Part shown: positions 58,550 through 64,000 of the stretch, piece after piece
Layout: the number at the start of each line of letters is the position of its first letter
Numbering within the stretch: the stretch's first letter is position 1
NCBI GenBank assembly: GCA_963803435.1
Contig: CAWDML010000001.1
Location: forward strand, 3,200,001-3,264,000
Length of the DNA stretch: 64,000 bases
Source of the DNA: an uncultured delta proteobacterium
GTDB lineage: Bacteria > Myxococcota > Kuafuiibacteriia > Kuafuiibacteriales > Kuafuiibacteriaceae
Direction of reading: 5' to 3'
Position numbers and translations under genes: made by a program
Notes under the pieces: generated by a model
Told to the model about the DNA's origin: nothing
The model's database searches: none
Seen by the model: the letters and a program-made list of their open reading frames with translations, nothing else

Positions 58550-59330
58550 CCGTCGTCTGCTCGTCGCGATGACGGCGGCCTGCGCGCTCGGGGTCGCGCT
58601 GCCCGCCGCGGTGACCGTCGGAGGCGCCTTCTCCAGCTCCGAGTGGTACGGGCTCCGCTCGGAGGGCGTCGAGGCGACCCGCTCCGACGTGCTCTTCCGC
58701 TACGTCCTCGATCACTGGGGGCGCGCGCTGTCGACCTCCGCGAAGGTGACGCTGGTGGTCGTTCCGCTCGCCCTCCTGATCGGCGCGCCGGCCGCCTGGG
58801 CGTTCCGGCGCCGCCAGTTCTTCGGGCGTCGCGCCCTCGAGGCCGTCGCCACCCTCCCGCTCTCGCTGCCCGGCATCACCCTCGCGGTCGCGCTGATCGG
58901 AACGTACGGCGAGCGGCCGCGCTTCGAGCTCCTGGTCGCCGGCCACCTCGCCTATACGATCCCGCTCGTGATCAAGGCCGTTGCCAGCGGCCTCGATGCG
59001 ATCCAGCCGGACGTCATGGACGCCGCACGCACGCTCGGCGCGGGCCCCACCGCGATGCTGCGTTGGGTGATCCTCCCGCTCCTCGCGCCCGCGCTGATCA
59101 TCGCGACCTTGATCGTGTTCTCGGTGTCGTGGGGCGAGCTCAACGTCAGCTTCCTCCTCGCCACCCCGCTCGAGCAGACGTACCCGGCCGCCCTCTACAT
59201 GGCCTTCACCGCCAGCTCCTTTCCGGTCGCCTCCGCCGCCACCGTGCTCTTCCTCCTGCCTTTGCTCCCGCTCCTCGTGGCGATCCAGGCGCTCGGCGGC
59301 GCGCGCTTTCATCGAAGCACGGGGGCCTGA
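58542..59330 (+). CDS. ABC transporter permease
   Basis: LPLSLPGI, DAARTLGA, FSVSWGE. Confidence 0.9.
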   Translation: MSDRRLLVAMTAACALGVALPAAVTVGGAFSSSEWYGLRSEGVEATRSDVLFRYVLDHWGRALSTSAKVTLVVVPLALLIGAPAAWAFRRRQFFGRRALEAVATLPLSLPGITLAVALIGTYGERPRFELLVAGHLAYTIPLVIKAVASGLDAIQPDVMDAARTLGAGPTAMLRWVILPLLAPALIIATLIVFSVSWGELNVSFLLATPLEQTYPAALYMAFTASSFPVASAATVLFLLPLLPLLVAIQALGGARFHRSTGA

Positions 59331-59333
59331 GCG

Positions 59334-60395
59334 ATGGCGCTTCTCGAGATCGAGGGCCTGACGAAGCGCTTCGGCGCGGTCTCCGCGGTGGACGATCTCA
59401 GCCACCGTTTCCTCGACGGTGAGATCACCGTGATCGTGGGTCCCAGCGGATCCGGCAAGACCACCGTGCTCCGCGCCATCGCGGGCCTGGTCGATCCGGA
59501 CGAGGGTGAGCTCCGCATCGACGGCGAGCGCCTCGCCGGCGTACGCGCCGAGGATTGGGGCTGCGGGTTCGTGTTCCAGAGCTACGCCCTCTTCCCCCAC
59601 CTGAGCGCACGGGAGAACGTGGAGTTCGCGCTCCGGGTCCGAGGCACCGGCAAGCACGAGCGCCGGGCCCGCGCGCGCGAGCTCCTGGAGAAGATGCAGC
59701 TGCTCCCGCTCGAGGATCGCCGCGTCGACGCCCTCTCCGGCGGCGAACGCCAACGCGTGGCGCTCGCCCGCGCGATCGCCCACGCACCGCGCGTCCTGTT
59801 GATGGACGAGCCGCTCTCCGCGCTGGACGCCGAGCTCCGCGAGACGCTCCGGATGGAGATCAAGCGCCTCCTCCACGAGCTCCGGATCACCACGGTCTAC
59901 GTGACCCATGATCCGATCGAGGGGATGCTCCTCGGGCGCGAGCTCATCGCCATGCGCGCGGGCCGCATCGCCGACGCGGGCCCTCCCGAGCGAGTCTACC
60001 GCAGCCCTCGGGACGAGCTCGTCGCCCGCCTCTTCGGTCCCGTCAACGTGCTCGAGGGTCGCGTGGAGCCGGCGGGCCGCTTATCGCTGTCGTTCGGCGC
60101 GGTGTCGATCGATCCTTCGCTGCCCTCCGGACCGATCCGCGTGCTCATCCGTCCCGAGCACATCTCCATCTTTGCGGCGGGCGACGGCTTCGAGGGCCGC
60201 GTGGTCCGCTCCACCTTCCTCGGGGCCCGGGTGCGCGTCGAGGTCGAGGTGGCCGGCGTGACGCTTCTCTCGGATCGATCGGCGGATTGGGTCCCCGCCG
60301 CCGGCGAGTCGGTCCGCGTTCGCCTGCAGGAGGACGCGCTCGTGGTCGCCGGCGGTGCAGCGCAGGCGAGCGCGGGAGGACGCCAAACCGTCTGA
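59334..60395 (+). CDS. ABC transporter ATP-binding protein (PotA/FbpC-like, TOBE)
   Basis: GPSGSGKT, FQSYALFPH, LSGGERQR, LLMDEP, YVTHD. Confidence 0.95.
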   Translation: MALLEIEGLTKRFGAVSAVDDLSHRFLDGEITVIVGPSGSGKTTVLRAIAGLVDPDEGELRIDGERLAGVRAEDWGCGFVFQSYALFPHLSARENVEFALRVRGTGKHERRARARELLEKMQLLPLEDRRVDALSGGERQRVALARAIAHAPRVLLMDEPLSALDAELRETLRMEIKRLLHELRITTVYVTHDPIEGMLLGRELIAMRAGRIADAGPPERVYRSPRDELVARLFGPVNVLEGRVEPAGRLSLSFGAVSIDPSLPSGPIRVLIRPEHISIFAAGDGFEGRVVRSTFLGARVRVEVEVAGVTLLSDRSADWVPAAGESVRVRLQEDALVVAGGAAQASAGGRQTV

Positions 60396-60586
60396 ATCCG
60401 TGTTCGAGAGCAGGCTTCACGGTCACGGCCATTTCTCGTCCGTCGAAGGCACCCGCTCCTGAGCACGGCGTCGTTCCGGAGGACGTTGTCGATTCCGGGG
60501 ACGTTCCATTCGCCCTCGAGCGAACGGAGTTCGCACCGCGCATCCCTCTCACCAGCGCCGGCACACGCAGTGCACCCCAGTGGGGC

Positions 60587-60814
60587 ATGCAACTCATGGG
60601 AAAGCGATCAATCGAGCTGCTCGCGCTGACGATGGTGGGCGACGGTTTGCTAACCGCCGTCGAGCCGAGGCGTCATCTCGGGCTCTGGTACCAGGGGCCG
60701 CGGCGCTGGCGCACGATGACGGGGGCTTTCTTGGAGCGACCGGGTCTCTCCCGCGTGCTCGGGGTGCTCAGCGTCTGCGCCGGTCTGTTCATCGCCTCAC
60801 GCCTTCGGACCTGA
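60587..60814 (+). CDS. Small membrane protein
   Basis: ELLALTMVGDG....P.RH..LW..GP..WR, C-terminal TM. Start at 60587 or 60596. A weak GG-N10-GC match lies at 60559-60574. Confidence 0.6.
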   Translation: MQLMGKRSIELLALTMVGDGLLTAVEPRRHLGLWYQGPRRWRTMTGAFLERPGLSRVLGVLSVCAGLFIASRLRT

Positions 60815-61006
60815 GGAGGCGACCCCCGGTCGGCCCCCCGGATTCGTGACAAGTCTTCGCCCCTACGAAGCCGACCGACGCGGACCTGAGGCCCGGAATC
60901 CCCACGTCCCGGCGCGCGCCCGCCCAACCGACCGGTGCGGCATTGACCGTCCCGCTTGCGCATGCCTAAGGAGCGGTGGGCCGCGAAGGCTCATCGAGGA
61001 ACACGC

Positions 61007-63229
61007 ATGGAGGATGCAAGCCATGACGTCGCCGCGCCCTCCCCTGGACCCGTGTTCGTGCTCGAGGTCGACGCCGAGGGCCGCTGGCTCGGCGGGGACG
61101 CTTCCATCCCCGGCATGTTCCAGCGCGCGCCCGAAGCGCTCGCCGGCACGCCGCTTTGCGAGCTGGTGCCCGAGCTCGGCTGCCTCGAGCCGCTGCTGGC
61201 GGCGGCGATCATCGAGGGCCGCACCGGTCGAATCGCCGAGCTGAGCCTGGGATCGGGGCGGCGGCTCGGCGACCGGCTGTGGCAGGTGCGCGTGCATCCG
61301 ATGTCGCCCCAGGGAGGCGGACGGGCCTTGATCGTGCTCGTCGACCTCACGAAGGAGGAGCAGAATCACGCGGAGCCTGTGGCGTTATCGCCTGCTCGAG
61401 CGCGCCACCCGCGAGGGGTTCTGGGAGTGGGACATCCGCACCGGCGACGTCTGGTGGAACGACGTCCACTACGAGCTGATGGGATGCGATCCCGCGACGA
61501 CGACACCGTCGTTCGACGAGTGGGCCGACCACATCCATCCCGACGACCGCTCCCGCGTGCTCCGGACCCTCGACGGGATCCTCACCGGCGGTGCCACCAT
61601 CTATCGCGACGAATACAGGTACCTGCGTGCCGACGGGCGGATCGGAGTCATGCAGGACTGCGCCTACGTCGAGCGCGCTCCGGACGGTCGCGCCACGCGG
61701 ATGCTCGGTGCGCTGCGTGACATCACCGACGAGCGGACCGCCGAGCGCGCGCTTCGCGAGAGTGAGGAGCGCTTCCGCCAGATTGCGGAGACCATCCGGG
61801 AGGTCTTCTGGCTCACCGAGCTCGAGACCGGCCGGGTACTCTACGTGAGCCCGGCCTTCGAGGCGCTGTGGGGGCGGAGCATCTCCTCGCTCAATCGGGA
61901 GCCTTTCGCGTTCCTCGAGGCGATCCACCCCGAGGACCGCCCTCGCCTGCTCGAACGACTGTCGGGCTTGAATCCAGGGCCAAGGCTATGAGGCCACCTA
62001 TCGCGTCATCCGGCCGGACGGCACCACCGTCTGGGTCCACGACCGAGCGACCCCAGATCCTGGACGCGAGCGGAAAGGCGGTTCGCGCCACCGGCATCGC
62101 CGCCGACATCACCGCGCAGCGACGCCTCGAGGAGCAGCTGACCTTCGTCCAGAGGATGGAGAGCATGGGTCGCCTGGCCAGCGGCATCGCGCACGACTTC
62201 AACAACCTTCTGGGCGTGATCTGGCGTGCACCAACTTCGCGCGTGAGGAGTTGCCCGCAGACAGCGAAGCGCACGTGGTTCTCGACGCGGGTGACCGCGG
62301 GCGGCCACGCCGTCGGCCTGACCGGCCAGCTCCTGGCCTTCGCTCGCCGGCAGCCGCGCGCGACGGCGACATTCGAGCTCGGTGGGCTCATCCGAAAGTT
62401 CGAGCATCTGGGCGTCGCTCATCGGCGAGGTCGATGGTCCTCGAGTGCCTCCTCGACTCGCACCGGGCCTCATCGACGCCGATCCGAGCAGATCGAGCAG
62501 GTGATCACCAACCTCGCCGTCAACGCGCGCGACGCGATGCCGCACGGAGGGCGGATGACGATCGACGACGAGCAACGTCCACATCGAGGGACGCGCGAGC
62601 GGTCTCTGAAGCCGGGAGAGTACGTGCTATCACCGTGCGGGACACCGGCCGGGCATCGAGCGAGCTGAGGGCCGGATCTTCGAGCCGTTCTTCACCACGA
62701 AGGGGTCGGCAAGGAAACGGGCTGGGGCTCGCGACTGCTATCGGATCGTCAAGCAGGCGGGCGGGCATATGCGTGTCGAGAGCGAGCCCGGTTGCGGCGC
62801 GCCGTTCGAGGTGCTGCTGCCGCGCGCGGTCCCTCAAATGAGCGAGCTCCCATCGGCCCCGGCCACCGCGGCGCAGGATGAAGGGACCGTCCTCTTCGCC
62901 GAGGATGATCCGGTGCTCCGCGCGGTGGGCACGCGTATGCTGAGCAAGAATGGATACGTGGTGGTGCCCGCGAACGACGGCCTCGAGGCGCTCCGGCTGG
63001 CCGTGAGCCACGCGGGCCCCATCGACGTGCTCGTGACGGATCTGGTGATGCCCGGGATGAGCGGCACCGAGCTCGCCGAGAAGCTCGGGCCGATCGCGGT
63101 AAGCTACGGATCGTCTACACCTCGGGCTTCGCGGAGCCGGTCGGCCTTCCGCGCGGACCCAACTCCGCGTTCCTCCAGAAGCCCTATCGGGAGGCCGACC
63201 TCATCCGGAAGATCCGCGAGACAATCTAG
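61007..63229 (+). pseudogene. Multi-PAS hybrid histidine kinase/response regulator, multiply frameshifted
   Basis: PAS segments (WEWDI, IHPDDR, YVSPAFE, IHPEDR), H box AHDFNNLL, N box NLAVNARDAMP, FEPFFTT, receiver AEDD...TDLVMPGMSG...FLQKP, spread over several frames. Ends at TAG 63227-63229. Confidence 0.82.
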
Positions 63230-64000
63230 GAGCGTGTAGCGCGTAGCGCTACCGCGAGCCCGGTCCCGGTCCCGGTCCCGGTCCCGTCCCAATGGCGATC
63301 ATGAGCCCGGCGTGCGTTCATCGATGCTCGTTGGCGAGTCGGCGCCTCAAGCAGGTGTGGAGTGAGGCGGCGCTTTCGGTGCCAGAGCGAAGTGCCATCC
63401 GGTAGAAGCGAGCCTTCTCAGGAGGAACTTCACCGACTCAGACAGCAGGATCATGTTGAAGGAGGGAGCGTACCTCCAGGCCTACAATGCCCAAGTTGTC
63501 GTAGATGAGCACGCTCAGGTGATTGTCGCCGAAGGGGTCAGCAACCAGGCACCTGATCAGCAACACCTCGTCCCGATGCTCCGTGATGTGTTCGGCAACT
63601 GCGGCGATGCTCCGCGGAATCAGATCGATGCCCACATCGCTGTTGGACGCGAACAGAACCAAGACGCGTCGACTCCGTCCTCATCAGCTTCGGAGCCCAC
63701 ACCTGCCTCGCTCGCTCGCAAGCGAATGCGAGACAAGTTGCAAACGCGCGACGGCAGGCGTCTACCCCCGCAGGAAGAGTATCGTCGAGCCGGCGCTCGG
63801 ACAGAATCAAAGGGGCACGAGGGTTCCGCCGGTTCTCGCTACGCTCCTTCTTCAAGGTACGAGCCGAGTGGACGCTCGTCTGCCTCACCCACAACCTGCT
63901 CAAGCTCTACCGATTGAAGCTCGCGACCGTCGCGAGCGTCTGACTCAAGGTAGCCATCTTCAGATTGGGACCCGGACCGGGACCGGGACCCGGAACGGGT
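63226..64000. mobile_element. IS copy 3, inverted relative to copy 1, heavily deleted, running off the window
   Basis: CTAGGAGCGTGTAGCGCGTAG end, hexamer array, four-helix-bundle 3' remnant (63299-63422, minus), transposase remnant NFTDSDSRIM...YNAQ...EWTLVCLTHNL (63423-63943, plus), then the opposite hexamer array begins. Confidence 0.88.

Overview
High-GC (roughly 70% by eye) bacterial chromosomal DNA, most likely Myxococcota, judged from a MYXO-CTERM tail, an AgmX/PglI C-terminal domain, an FHA-sigma54 activator next to a Ser/Thr kinase, TIGR02996 proteins and many lipoproteins. I see about 45 CDS and no rRNA, tRNA or CRISPR array. Housekeeping and metabolic genes include murA, dnaK, yqeY, cstA, a degenerate comEC, an M20 dipeptidase, a GH31 glycosidase, a hexokinase, an MBOAT/SGNH pair and an ABC importer. 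Several single-base frameshifts, dense after 61 kb, suggest long-read consensus errors. Most notable observations: (1) three copies of an IS1182-type element carrying a four-helix-bundle (23S-IVS/bAvd-like) passenger gene, with GGTCCC hexamer arrays inside its inverted ends, each bordered by a CTAG that is the stop codon of a host gene; (2) a DUF2064-like enzyme ending in RPPPL whose Pro codons form a perfect anti-Shine-Dalgarno for the downstream porin-ABC operon, a candidate arrest-peptide switch; (3) a stand-alone mini-sigma54 protein; (4) an Omp85/BamA barrel translationally coupled to an exported kinase-fold lipoprotein; (5) putative sigma54-driven modules of uncharacterised small or heme proteins. 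All family calls come from motif recognition by eye, not database searches.
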